This document shows, piece by piece, positions 1-8,985 of a DNA stretch of 64,000 bases (the first letter of the stretch is position 1; every line of letters begins with the position of its first letter). A model generated the notes under the pieces. That model was not told the DNA's origin. It saw only the letters and a list, made by a program, of their open reading frames with translations, and searched no databases. The position numbers were made by a program, and so were the translations under genes. Source of the stretch: Chloroflexota bacterium (GTDB lineage Bacteria; Chloroflexota; Dehalococcoidia; Lucifugimonadales; Lucifugimonadaceae); NCBI GenBank assembly GCA_029262735.1, contig JAJCYY010000013.1, forward strand, positions 4,108-68,107, written 5' to 3'.

Positions 1-28
1 ATCACATCTGTGGTGTGCGCAGCCAACT

Positions 29-1567
29 TCAGGAAAGTGTCAGACGGCGAGTTGTGTAGGCGGTATCGTCATCGTCTCCCGATCTGCGCCGCCTTCTCCT
101 CGCCACCTCCGTCTCCTGTGCCATGTTCGCCACAGCCTCGGCTACGTTCTGGGCCACACGCTCATCGAATACGCTCGGGATAATGAAGTCCTCAGAGACA
201 GCGTTCTCAGGGATCACGCTGGCAATCGCCTCGGCGGCTGCAATCTTCATCTCGTCGTTGATCTCCCTCGCCCTGACTTCCAGCACGCCGGCGAACAGTC
301 CGGGAAAACAGAGGGAGTTATTGACCTGGTTCGGATAGTCGGTCCGACCGGTCGCCATGATTCGGACGTTGGAGGGAACATCCTCGGGCCAGATCTCCGG
401 GTCAGGATTCGACAGTGCAAAGACGACGGCATCCTCCGTCATACTGGCGATCTGCTCCGACGTTACCAGCCCCGGACCTGCAAGTCCCAGGAACACGTCC
501 GCGTCCTGCAGACCTTCCGCCAGGGATCCTGTGAAGTGGTCAGGATTGGTGTTGCTTGCGTACCACTCCTTCATCACGTTGTTGCCGTAGTCACGCTGGA
601 GGGAGAGCGCGCCCTGCCGGTCGAAACCGACGATATTTTTCACGCCGTAGGAGAGCATTATCTTTGTGCAGGCCGTCCCCGATGCGCCAACCCCAGCAAC
701 CACAACTTTCAGGTCCTGCGGGCGTTTCTTCACCAGCCGCAACGCGTTGATGAGGCCTGCCAACACCACCACGGCTGTCCCATGCTGGTCATCGTGGAAC
801 ACCGGTATGTCAAGATCCTTCTTCAGGCGCTCCTCGATCTCGAAGCAACGCGGAGCGCTGATGTCTTCGAGGTTGATACCGCCGAACCCAGGAGCGATAG
901 CCTTGACGATGCTGATGATTTCTTCGGTTTCCTGGGTTTCGAGGACGATGGGCCAGGCGTCGACGCCACCGAACTCCTTGAACAGGAGCGCCTTACCTTC
1001 CATCACCGGCAGGGATGCTGCGGCGCCAATGTTGCCGAGACCAAGGACCGCGCTGCCATCGCTGACGACGGCAACCGTGTGTCCTTTCCCCGTGAGCGTC
1101 CAGACCGCCTCCGGGTCGTCGTGAATCGCCATGCAGACCCGTCCTACGCCCGGTGTGTAGGCCTTCGACATGTCGTCACGCGTATTGACCGGCTGTTTGC
1201 TGCGCATCTCGATCTTGCCACCGAGGTGCAGCAGGAATGTCGGGTCGGAAACCGTGCGAATTCGCACACTCTCCACGGCAGCGACGGCCTCCGTAACTTC
1301 TTCTCCATGCTCGATCGAACGGGCATTGATCGTGAAGTCTCTAACCATCATGCCGCTAGAGGTGGAGACGACATCGATAGCCGAGGCGTCGCCGCCGGCA
1401 TCGCCGATCGCTGATGTGATCCGGCCTAACATGCCGGGTGTGTTCGGGTACTCCGCCCGGACAACAATGCTGTATGCGACGCCTGGTGCTGGTCCAGCCA
1501 TGCCGAACATCCTCCTTGGACGCACCAGTGCTGGCGCGATTAAGACTTCACAAACTTGTCGAATCAA
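29..1567 (-). CDS. NAD(P)-dependent malic enzyme with N-terminal ACT domain
   Basis: 512-aa ORF. ACT-like N-terminus (VVRAEYPNTPGMLGRITSAIGDAGG). Malic-enzyme core FHDDQHGTAVVVLAG and Rossmann VVAGVGASGTA. True start may be an internal Met (MFGMAG...). The Arg/Asp-rich C-terminal tail is unusual. Confidence 0.85.
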   Translation of the reverse strand: MIRQVCEVLIAPALVRPRRMFGMAGPAPGVAYSIVVRAEYPNTPGMLGRITSAIGDAGGDASAIDVVSTSSGMMVRDFTINARSIEHGEEVTEAVAAVESVRIRTVSDPTFLLHLGGKIEMRSKQPVNTRDDMSKAYTPGVGRVCMAIHDDPEAVWTLTGKGHTVAVVSDGSAVLGLGNIGAAASLPVMEGKALLFKEFGGVDAWPIVLETQETEEIISIVKAIAPGFGGINLEDISAPRCFEIEERLKKDLDIPVFHDDQHGTAVVVLAGLINALRLVKKRPQDLKVVVAGVGASGTACTKIMLSYGVKNIVGFDRQGALSLQRDYGNNVMKEWYASNTNPDHFTGSLAEGLQDADVFLGLAGPGLVTSEQIASMTEDAVVFALSNPDPEIWPEDVPSNVRIMATGRTDYPNQVNNSLCFPGLFAGVLEVRAREINDEMKIAAAEAIASVIPENAVSEDFIIPSVFDERVAQNVAEAVANMAQETEVARRRRRRSGDDDDTAYTTRRLTLS

Positions 1568-1853
1568 AAAAGTGCGGACACCGGGACCTCAAAGAGAAGA
1601 ACAACTTTCTCTACGGTGCACCGGCCCATCGTAAGTTCAATTGGAACGAATCTTAACACCGCGCCCGGATTCCGAATGCAACAGTTCGCATCAGTGTGAT
1701 TCTTGAAACGGCGAATCGGTTGATTCCCCGCCAGTGGTGAACCTTGTCTGTCTTCAGCCGTGATCAGAAATTCTTCACGGCAGCGCCACTCAAAGATCGA
1801 AAAAATGTCGTAAAGTTCTGGTCAAGCGCACGAAGGAAAATCAGGAGGCGAGA

Positions 1854-2636
1854 ATGACCCAGGCCCAGAACCAGAAGCCGGCTATCAAAGGCAAGTTCAC
1901 AACTGCCACCATCACACGCAGAGTGGATATTGCCCACGACCTCTGGAAGATCTGGCTCAAACCCGAGCAATCGTTCGCTTTCAAGCCTGGACAGTACTGC
2001 ACCATCGGCGCTGCAGGAATAGAGCGACCGTACTCCATCGTGTCGTCACCGGACGAGCCGGAGATCGAACTCTTCGTCGAACTTGTCCCGCTCCCAGACG
2101 GCAACCTGACGCCTGTGCTGCACAAGATGGGCGTGGGTGAGACGGTGACGCTCAGGCCACGCCCCAAAGGCATTTTTGTCATTCAGCCGAAGTACAAGAA
2201 CCATGTGCTCGTGGGGACCGTCACCGGAACCGTGCCATATGTGAGCATGCTGCGAAAGTTCCTTGCCGACCCGGAATGGCCCGAAGACCAGGGAGTGCCG
2301 CGTTCGGAGCACCGCTTCTTTGTCCTGGAAGGCGCCAGTTATGTGCACGAACTCGGTTATGACGAGGAGTTGGGGAAACTGGCAGCAGAGCATGACTTCA
2401 TCGAGTTCATGCCGTCGATAAGCCGTCCCGACGAGGAGCCGAACAAGGGCTGGGATGGTGCGACAGGCCGAATCAACACACTTGTCGAAGACTACGTCGC
2501 AGAACGCGGTTTGAATCCGCTTGAGACCTGCGTCTACGCTTGCGGCCATCCGCAGATGATCGAGGACGTGCGGGCGCGGTTCGAGGGAACAGATTTCCAC
2601 TTCATCGAAGAGCGGTTCTGGAAAGACGACGACTAG
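1854..2636 (+). CDS. Ferredoxin-NADP+ reductase-like FAD/NAD(P)-binding oxidoreductase
   Basis: 260-aa ORF with the FAD-binding RPYSIVSSP (RxYS) motif, an NAD(P)-binding VGTVTGTVP segment and a C-terminal YACGHPQM motif typical of the FNR family. AGGAGG RBS at 1843-1848. Confidence 0.75.
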   Translation: MTQAQNQKPAIKGKFTTATITRRVDIAHDLWKIWLKPEQSFAFKPGQYCTIGAAGIERPYSIVSSPDEPEIELFVELVPLPDGNLTPVLHKMGVGETVTLRPRPKGIFVIQPKYKNHVLVGTVTGTVPYVSMLRKFLADPEWPEDQGVPRSEHRFFVLEGASYVHELGYDEELGKLAAEHDFIEFMPSISRPDEEPNKGWDGATGRINTLVEDYVAERGLNPLETCVYACGHPQMIEDVRARFEGTDFHFIEERFWKDDD

Positions 2637-2736
2637 ACGGTTGCTCACTGCTCAGACCGAGAATCGATGCGGTAGTATGCGCAGCGCGTTCTATTGCGTA
2701 TTTTTCAGATTGCGCTGACCGGTTCCAGTTGGCCAA

Positions 2737-2763
2737 TTCACAATTCACAGTTCACAGTCAACA
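2737..2763 (+). repeat. Tandem heptamer direct repeats TTCACA(A/G) x3 plus degenerate TCAACA
   Basis: Read directly: ttcacaa ttcacag ttcacag tcaaca, about 30 nt upstream of the garR-like start. Possible operator. Confidence 0.5.
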
Positions 2764-2793
2764 CAACAGCACACGTCATCAACGGAGACCAAC

Positions 2794-3687
2794 ATGGCAG
2801 AAAAGATCGGATTCGTCGGCCTCGGCATCATGGGAAAGCCGATGGCCCGCAACTTGATGAAGGCCGGGTACGATGTGACGGTGTTCGACCTCTTCCCCGA
2901 ACCTGTAAACGAACTCGTAGCGGAAGGCGCCACGAAAGGCGAGTCCGGAGCAGATGTCGCAAGCAAGTCCAGCATCGTCGTGACGATGGTCCAGAACAGC
3001 CCGCAGTCTGAGGCGGCGATTCTGGGTGAGCACGGCGTTCTCGCAGGCGCCAGCAAGGGCGATCTGATCGTCGACATGAGCTCGATAGAGCCGGGATCTT
3101 CGCAGAAGACCGGCGCGGCCTGTGACGAAGCAGGCGTCGGCTTCCTCGATGCGCCGGTTTCAGGCGGCGAGCCCTTCGCAGTGTCCGGCGACCTGGCGAT
3201 CATGGTCGGCGGAAACGCGGCAGACTTCGAGACTGCAAAACCGCTTTTCGATGTGATGGGCAAGTCTTCGGTGCTCTGTGGCGGGCACGGAGCTGGCAAC
3301 GTCGTGAAGCTGGCGAACCAGATCTGTGTCGCTTCCAACATCATGGGTCTTGCCGAAGCGATGACGTTGGCGGCGAAGGCGGGTGTGAATCCTGAGACGG
3401 TGTTCGATGCGATCAAGGGCGGGCTGGCCGGCAGCAACGTCATGAACGCTAAAGCGCCGATGATGTTCGACCGCAACTTTAATCCCGGTTTCAGGATTGA
3501 GCTGCACTACAAGGACCTGAACAACGCCATGTCCACGGCGAGTGCATTGAATGTGCCTCTCGTTATGACATCCCAGATGCAACAGATACTCGGCGCATTG
3601 ATGGAGTGGGGCCACGGCAAGGAGGACCACGCCGGTTTCCTCCACTTCCCGGAGCGCCTCTCCGGCGTTGAGGTTAAGAAGTTCTAG
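2794..3687 (+). CDS. garR: 2-hydroxy-3-oxopropionate (tartronate semialdehyde) reductase, 3-HIBADH family
   Basis: 297 aa. N-terminal KIGFVGLGIMGKPMARNLMKAGY, then DAPVSGGEP, GAGNVVKLANQ and DRNFNPGFRIELHYKDL. These align closely by eye with E. coli GarR/GlxR. Confidence 0.8.
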   Translation: MAEKIGFVGLGIMGKPMARNLMKAGYDVTVFDLFPEPVNELVAEGATKGESGADVASKSSIVVTMVQNSPQSEAAILGEHGVLAGASKGDLIVDMSSIEPGSSQKTGAACDEAGVGFLDAPVSGGEPFAVSGDLAIMVGGNAADFETAKPLFDVMGKSSVLCGGHGAGNVVKLANQICVASNIMGLAEAMTLAAKAGVNPETVFDAIKGGLAGSNVMNAKAPMMFDRNFNPGFRIELHYKDLNNAMSTASALNVPLVMTSQMQQILGALMEWGHGKEDHAGFLHFPERLSGVEVKKF

Positions 3688-3876
3688 TCGGATCGATAGA
3701 AAAATGGTGCGGCGGCGCAGGTTAGCGTCGCCGTTTCTGTTAGCTCGGATTTCTGTCTGCAAGTTGCTTGTCAATACCCGGATATCGGGTTGGCAGCGGC
3801 CAGGGATTTACGAGGGCATGAGATCATGCAAACTCGTCGGGGATGCCACAAGCTTCTGAGCCTATGAGATAGACCG

Positions 3877-4332
3877 ATGGATTTGATCGTAAATGGCGAA
3901 CGGCACAGCCTGGTCGTCGATCGCGAGCGCAGCCTTCTTAGCGTACTGCGCGATGAGGACGGGTTGACCGGCTCCAAATACGGGGGCGGCGAAGGTAACT
4001 GCGGCGCATGCACCGTCTTAATCGCCGGTGAGCCGGCGCAGTCTTGCGTCACTTCTGCCTCTGCGGCCGCCGAGCGCCATGTCACGACAATTGAAGGACT
4101 GGCGGACGGAGAATCCCTGCATCCTGTGCAGCAGGCGTTCGTCGACCACAGTGCGTTCCAGTGCGGATACTGCACGCCCGGTTTCATCATTAGCGCTGTG
4201 GGACTGTTGAAGCGAAATCCCCATCCGGACGAAAAAGAGATTCGCTCAGGCCTGAACGGCAACATCTGCCGCTGTGGCGCTTACGCAAGAATCGTGAAGG
4301 CGGTGCGCTCCGCGTCGGAGACGGCTGAGTGA
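3877..4332 (+). CDS. (2Fe-2S)-binding small subunit of a xanthine dehydrogenase/aldehyde oxidase-family molybdo-hydroxylase
   Basis: 151 aa. Plant-type cluster CGEGNCGACTV and second cluster QCGYCTPG...CRCGAY. Its stop overlaps the start of the downstream large subunit. Confidence 0.88.
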   Translation: MDLIVNGERHSLVVDRERSLLSVLRDEDGLTGSKYGGGEGNCGACTVLIAGEPAQSCVTSASAAAERHVTTIEGLADGESLHPVQQAFVDHSAFQCGYCTPGFIISAVGLLKRNPHPDEKEIRSGLNGNICRCGAYARIVKAVRSASETAE

Positions 4333-6386
4333 GCGAGAACTCAACGACTCCGATGTTCGCACTAACGGTGATCGGTCCGCCCCGCTGGACCGAACCTGGC
4401 GAACCGAATGACGCGGCAGGTGAACCTGCTGTGCTGCTCACTATCGACACCGGAGGCCACGTGGCCGTCTACTCCGGGAAAGTTGAGTACGGTCAGGCAA
4501 TTCGGCACGGTTTTGCGCTGGCCGCTACTGACGAGTTATCCCTGGAACCGTCCGAAATCGATGTGGTGCTTGCTGACACGGCAAGGGTGCCATGGGACCG
4601 CGCCACCGTCGGAAGCGCCTCTACCCGAACAACCGGTGTGCAACTGGGGAGAGCCGCCGCCACTGCGCGACGGGTTTTGTTGGAGTTGGGAGCCGAACGG
4701 TTTGGCGCGCCAGGCTCTGACCTGGAGCTTTCAACAGGTCACCTCCGGAATTCACGTAGCGGCGAAGCCGTCGCATTCAGCGAACTCCTCAGCGGCCTTA
4801 ATATCGAGCGGGAAATACCGGACGACATTCCTCCGGCAGCGGAGAAGCGAGATCTGACGAACGGCGACAGGGGTGTCAGGGTTGACGCAATTGAAAAGGT
4901 GACCGGGCGTGCTATTTATTCACGGGACTTTTCCATCCCCGGAATGCTGCACGGCAGGGTGATACGGCCGCCTTCGTACGGCGCAACCCTTGTGGACCTT
5001 GACGCTGGCAGGGCGGAACGCGTGCCGGGCTTCGTCGCGCTGGTGCGGGACGGGAACTTTACCGCGGTCGTTGCCGAAACGGAAAACGCGGCGGAAGACG
5101 CGGCCGAATCCGTGCGAGTGCGCTGGTCTGACGAGCGGGATAACTCGTCAGATTGGAACCTCCCTGCCCTGCTCAAGGAGCACGCCGGCGAAGAGGTTGT
5201 GCTGCAGGAATCCGGTTTATCAGATAGAGGTCTTGAGAATGCAGAGACGGCCCTTGATGGGACGTACTTCGCTCCCTATGTCTCAAACGCGCAGATGGAA
5301 CCCAGTGCTGCGGTAGCTCAGTGGACCGGCACGGCCGACACTGAAACTCTCACGGTCTGGTGCGGCAACCGGGGACCATTCACCGAGCGTTCATTGCTCG
5401 CCGACGCACTGGGAATAGACGAGCAGGCTGTTCGTGTCGTGACTCTTGCCGTCGGTGGCTCATTCGGCACCAAGACGCCAACCGTCAGCCTTGAGGCCGC
5501 GAGACTGGCGCGGCGCGTTGGCCGACCGGTCAAAGTGGTTTACAGCCGGGCTGAAGAGTTCGCGTGGAGCACCGTTCGGCCGGCAGCTTTGATCGAAATC
5601 AAGTCAGGATTCTCGTCCGACGGGCTGCTGACCGCCTGGGACTACAGCGCGTTTTATTCAGGGGAGAACGCCTTTCGCGGTCGCCGTGGCGCGACAACTC
5701 CGTATGACGTCTCCGATGTCCGCGTCGCAGTTTCAGGTTCGATATCACCACTGCAGTACGGCTCTTACCGCTCCCTCGGTGGCGCCACGAACCACTTCGC
5801 CCGTGAGACCCACATGGACCGCATCGCGCGCCAGCTGGAGATGGACCCGGCAGAGTTCCGGCTTAAGAACCTTTCCCACCCACGTTATGTCCGGGTGCTG
5901 AAAGAGGCGATGGAACGGTTTGGCTGGAGCGAGCGCCAAAAACGCAGCGACGGTGTCGGTTTCGGGCTGGCGGTCGGCTTCGACGCAGGAAGCTACGTTG
6001 CCCAGTGCGTGGAGGTGACTGTTGTTGACGGGCAGGTACGTGTGAACCGTGTTACGGCGGCATTCGACTGTGGCGCAATGTTCAACCCGGACGGTGTGCG
6101 AAACCAGGTTGAGGGCTCAATCATCATGGGAATGGGGACCGCTCTCTGGGAAACCGTTGAGTTTGACGGTGGGCGCGTTCTGAATACAGGTTTCAACAAA
6201 TACAGAGTCCCGCGCCTCATGGACGCGCCGGAGATCGATGTCGTCCTGATTGACGATCCTTCAAACCATGCGACCGGTGCCGGTGAGCCTGGCATCGTGC
6301 CAATCGCCGCGGCAATCGCAAATGCGGTTGCAGACGCCACGGGTACTGAAATCGAACGGTTGCCGATTGAGCCACTGCTTCAGTGA
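4329..6386 (+). CDS. Molybdopterin-binding large subunit of xanthine dehydrogenase-family oxidoreductase
   Basis: 685 aa. Translationally coupled to the 2Fe-2S subunit. Family-typical segments GGSFGTK, YRSLGGATNHFARE and GAGEPGIVP. No FAD-binding medium subunit lies adjacent. Confidence 0.85.
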   Translation: MSENSTTPMFALTVIGPPRWTEPGEPNDAAGEPAVLLTIDTGGHVAVYSGKVEYGQAIRHGFALAATDELSLEPSEIDVVLADTARVPWDRATVGSASTRTTGVQLGRAAATARRVLLELGAERFGAPGSDLELSTGHLRNSRSGEAVAFSELLSGLNIEREIPDDIPPAAEKRDLTNGDRGVRVDAIEKVTGRAIYSRDFSIPGMLHGRVIRPPSYGATLVDLDAGRAERVPGFVALVRDGNFTAVVAETENAAEDAAESVRVRWSDERDNSSDWNLPALLKEHAGEEVVLQESGLSDRGLENAETALDGTYFAPYVSNAQMEPSAAVAQWTGTADTETLTVWCGNRGPFTERSLLADALGIDEQAVRVVTLAVGGSFGTKTPTVSLEAARLARRVGRPVKVVYSRAEEFAWSTVRPAALIEIKSGFSSDGLLTAWDYSAFYSGENAFRGRRGATTPYDVSDVRVAVSGSISPLQYGSYRSLGGATNHFARETHMDRIARQLEMDPAEFRLKNLSHPRYVRVLKEAMERFGWSERQKRSDGVGFGLAVGFDAGSYVAQCVEVTVVDGQVRVNRVTAAFDCGAMFNPDGVRNQVEGSIIMGMGTALWETVEFDGGRVLNTGFNKYRVPRLMDAPEIDVVLIDDPSNHATGAGEPGIVPIAAAIANAVADATGTEIERLPIEPLLQ

Positions 6387-6469
6387 CGGCCAGTTCGCTG
6401 CCCTCCCGCCAGTATGTTGACTATCTTCCACGGCCGCATCTATCATTCCGGCGTTGTCGAATAGACATT

Positions 6470-6650
6470 GCCTCCCGGGTGCCGCCCGCCTCAACAGAAG
6501 GGCGAGCGGTGAAAAGGGAAAGCGGTAAGAATCCGCTGCGGTAGCGCCACTGTGATCGGCGAGTCTGTCTGCACGAGCCACTGCTCCGGCTAACGGGAGC
6601 GGGAAGGCGCAGACAGGCGTTGGAGCCGAGAGCCAGGAGACCTGCCCGAG
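6470..6650 (+). promoter_or_regulatory. Cobalamin (B12) riboswitch aptamer
   Basis: Conserved core read directly: GGTGAAAAGGGAAAGCGGTAAGAATCCGCTGCGG...GCGCCACTGTGA, ...GAGCCACTG...GGGAAGGC, and B12-box AGCCAGGAGACCTGCC at 6631-6646. It sits upstream of a btuCFD-like operon. Confidence 0.85.
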
Positions 6651-6761
6651 AGGCTGAGTGACTGCTTCCCGCCAAGGGGGTGGCTCTCGACTGTGGGTCT
6701 CCGGGACGGTCAGTGGGTTGCACTGGTTAGCCGGTTTTAATACAGATTCACGGCAAGAGAC

Positions 6762-6790
6762 AAAACCCTGGCGTAAGCGCCGGGGTTTTT
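6762..6790 (+). terminator. Intrinsic terminator / riboswitch expression platform
   Basis: 8-bp GC-rich stem (6766-6773 pairs with 6778-6785), tetraloop TAAG, followed by T5. An A-tract 5' of the stem can extend the pairing. Confidence 0.6.
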
Positions 6791-6793
6791 CGC

Positions 6794-7876
6794 GTGCTGC
6801 GATCTACGGTACGGAACACACGCGGCTCTCTTGCCGCGAATACGGTCATCCACCGGCTCATCGCGGGCTCGGTTGTGATCGGGCTATTGCTGCTAATCGC
6901 TTCACTCGTTGCACTTTCCACCGGTCCGGTGGTCATCTCGTTCTCCGAAACGCTGTCAGCGCTGTTCGAGTGGGTCAGAATCGGAGAGTCATCGGCCACG
7001 CGGACACAGCAGGCTGTCATTGAGAACATCCGGATTCCGAGAGTGCTGATGGCGCTGGGCGCGGGCGCTGGACTGGGCGTGGCTGGAGCGACGATGCAGG
7101 GGCTTTTCCGGAACCCGCTCGCTGATCCCGGGATTATTGGAGTCTCAGCAGGCGGCGCGCTTGGTGCGGTAATCGCAATCGCCACTGGCCTGGCGGTGAC
7201 TTCCACGCTCTTCCTGCCGCTCTTGGCATTCGTTGGAGCTGCGACTGCGACTGTGATCGTGTTCGCAGTTGGTATCGCCGCCGGAGGAAGGGCTTCGATG
7301 GCATCGCTGCTGCTGGCTGGCGTCGCCGTCAGTTCTTTCTTCGGTGCCATCACTTCAGCCGTAATCATCCTCACCGCCAACCTCGAGGCTCAGCGGCAGA
7401 TGGTGTTCTGGCTGGCCGGTGGACTTGAAGGAGCGCGCTGGGAATCGGTACGCATCGTTCTGCCAATAGCGCTGGCGGGGATCGCAGTTGTTGCGGTGTA
7501 CGCCAGGGACCTGAACCTGCTGCTTGTCGGCGAAGACGAGGCAAGGTCGTTGGGCGTGCGCGTCGGATTTGTCCGTGGCCTTCTGCTCAGTGTTGCCGCG
7601 CTATTGACCGGGACCGCTGTCGCATTCACCGGGACCATCGCCTTCGTCGGTTTGATCGTGCCGCACTCAATCAGGCTCTTGATCGGTCCGGATCACAGGG
7701 CGCTTGTTCCGTTGAGCGCGCTGGGCGGCGGATTGTTCCTGCTCATCGCAGACACGTTGGCACGAAACGTGGCCAATCCGGTCGAACTCAGGGTCGGGAT
7801 TATCACCGCCCTTGCAGGCGCGCCTTTCTTCCTGTTTCTACTCGTGAAACAGAGGTCTCGAGCAGGTCTGCTGTGA
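6794..7876 (+). CDS. FecCD-family ABC permease (BtuC-like corrinoid/iron-complex importer)
   Basis: 360 aa and polytopic. FecCD-typical RIPRVLMALGAGAGLGVAGATMQGLFRNPLADPGIIGVSAG and LVGEDEARSLG. Start codon uncertain: it lies only 4 nt after the terminator T-tract. Confidence 0.85.
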   Translation: MLRSTVRNTRGSLAANTVIHRLIAGSVVIGLLLLIASLVALSTGPVVISFSETLSALFEWVRIGESSATRTQQAVIENIRIPRVLMALGAGAGLGVAGATMQGLFRNPLADPGIIGVSAGGALGAVIAIATGLAVTSTLFLPLLAFVGAATATVIVFAVGIAAGGRASMASLLLAGVAVSSFFGAITSAVIILTANLEAQRQMVFWLAGGLEGARWESVRIVLPIALAGIAVVAVYARDLNLLLVGEDEARSLGVRVGFVRGLLLSVAALLTGTAVAFTGTIAFVGLIVPHSIRLLIGPDHRALVPLSALGGGLFLLIADTLARNVANPVELRVGIITALAGAPFFLFLLVKQRSRAGLL

Positions 7877-7896
7877 GCCACAATCTGGAGGATTAG

Positions 7897-8979
7897 ATGT
7901 CTGAGTCGAAACGAACCGGCCGGGGAAGACTGATCGTAATGCTCGGCCTCGCGGGACTGATACTTGCCACGATTACCATCTCGGCGTGTTCGAGCTCCGC
8001 GTCGTCGGCAGGCGCACCGCAGCCTACCGCCACAGCCCAGCAGGAAGCCCTGCCTGGAATGGCGCGGTTCGCCGCCGTGCCGGGAATCATCGATCCGACC
8101 AATTTCGGCTGGCCGCGGGAGGTAGAAACAGGGACAGGCCGCTTCCAGATTACAGCGGCACCGGAGCGAATTTACAGCCTCTCGCTCGGGCACGCTGAAA
8201 TCGTAGCCGCGCTGCGTGGCGGCGACGTGCTGGTCGCAGCAGCCAGCTTCTTCAAGGATCCCGGCACATCTGCCTCGTACGCAGAGTTTGAAGGATTGCC
8301 GGATGCAGGAAGCGATCCCGAGGAGATCATCGGGCTTGATCCCGAATGGGTGATCGCCTCGGCATTCACGTCAGCCGACCTTGTTGCCCAGCTTTCCGGG
8401 GTCGGCATCGACGTGGTCAGGGCAAACCTTGAAGATTCTGCGCTGGGAAACGTGCCGAATATTCTTCTACTTGGTTACATGCTGGGCGAGGAACAGCGAG
8501 CCCTGGAGCTGGCTGAAGAGGTGACAAGGCGTGTCAATGCGATCTCTGATCGAGTGAATTCGTCGAATCCGGCACGGCCCAGGGTGCTGGCCATGTCACG
8601 GTTTTCCGACATCTTCGCGGCCGGTGACGGCTCTACTGAAGGCGGGATCATCGAGGCGGCCGGGGCGGTCAATGTTGCTGCGGAGGGCGGCATCGCAGGG
8701 CACCAGACCATCGGTATCGAAGGCATCGCAGCCATGAGTCCCGACGTCATCCTGCTCACGCAACCCGAACAGTCGGCGTTGGAACTGGCGGATGAACTGT
8801 ACTCAGATCCGGCGCTCGCCGAAGTGCCTGCGATCCGGGACCGCCGCGTTCTCTACGCCGACCCGACGTTCTACACCACGCTGTCGCACTGGAACGTGCG
8901 GGGGATCGAGGAGTCGGCGAAGCTCTTCTACCCGGAGCTGTTCAGTGAAATGAGCTTCGTGCCGTTCACACACCCGTAG
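7897..8979 (+). CDS. ABC transporter periplasmic/lipoprotein substrate-binding protein (BtuF/FhuD-like)
   Basis: 360 aa. Signal peptide with lipobox (LATITISAC). Operon position is between the FecCD permease and the ATPase. Confidence 0.75.
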   Translation: MSESKRTGRGRLIVMLGLAGLILATITISACSSSASSAGAPQPTATAQQEALPGMARFAAVPGIIDPTNFGWPREVETGTGRFQITAAPERIYSLSLGHAEIVAALRGGDVLVAAASFFKDPGTSASYAEFEGLPDAGSDPEEIIGLDPEWVIASAFTSADLVAQLSGVGIDVVRANLEDSALGNVPNILLLGYMLGEEQRALELAEEVTRRVNAISDRVNSSNPARPRVLAMSRFSDIFAAGDGSTEGGIIEAAGAVNVAAEGGIAGHQTIGIEGIAAMSPDVILLTQPEQSALELADELYSDPALAEVPAIRDRRVLYADPTFYTTLSHWNVRGIEESAKLFYPELFSEMSFVPFTHP

Positions 8980-8985
8980 TTCGGA

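Noticed and set aside
536-1414. A 292-aa plus-strand ORF (and several others between 123 and 1634) antisense to the malic enzyme gene.
   Set aside because: These are typical high-GC shadow ORFs: Arg/Ala/Ser-rich with no motifs. The opposite strand carries an unambiguous malic enzyme. The same reasoning applies to 6748..7380 (-), 11147..11875 (+), 14705..15319 (+), 46227..46931 (-) and 49566..50231 (+).
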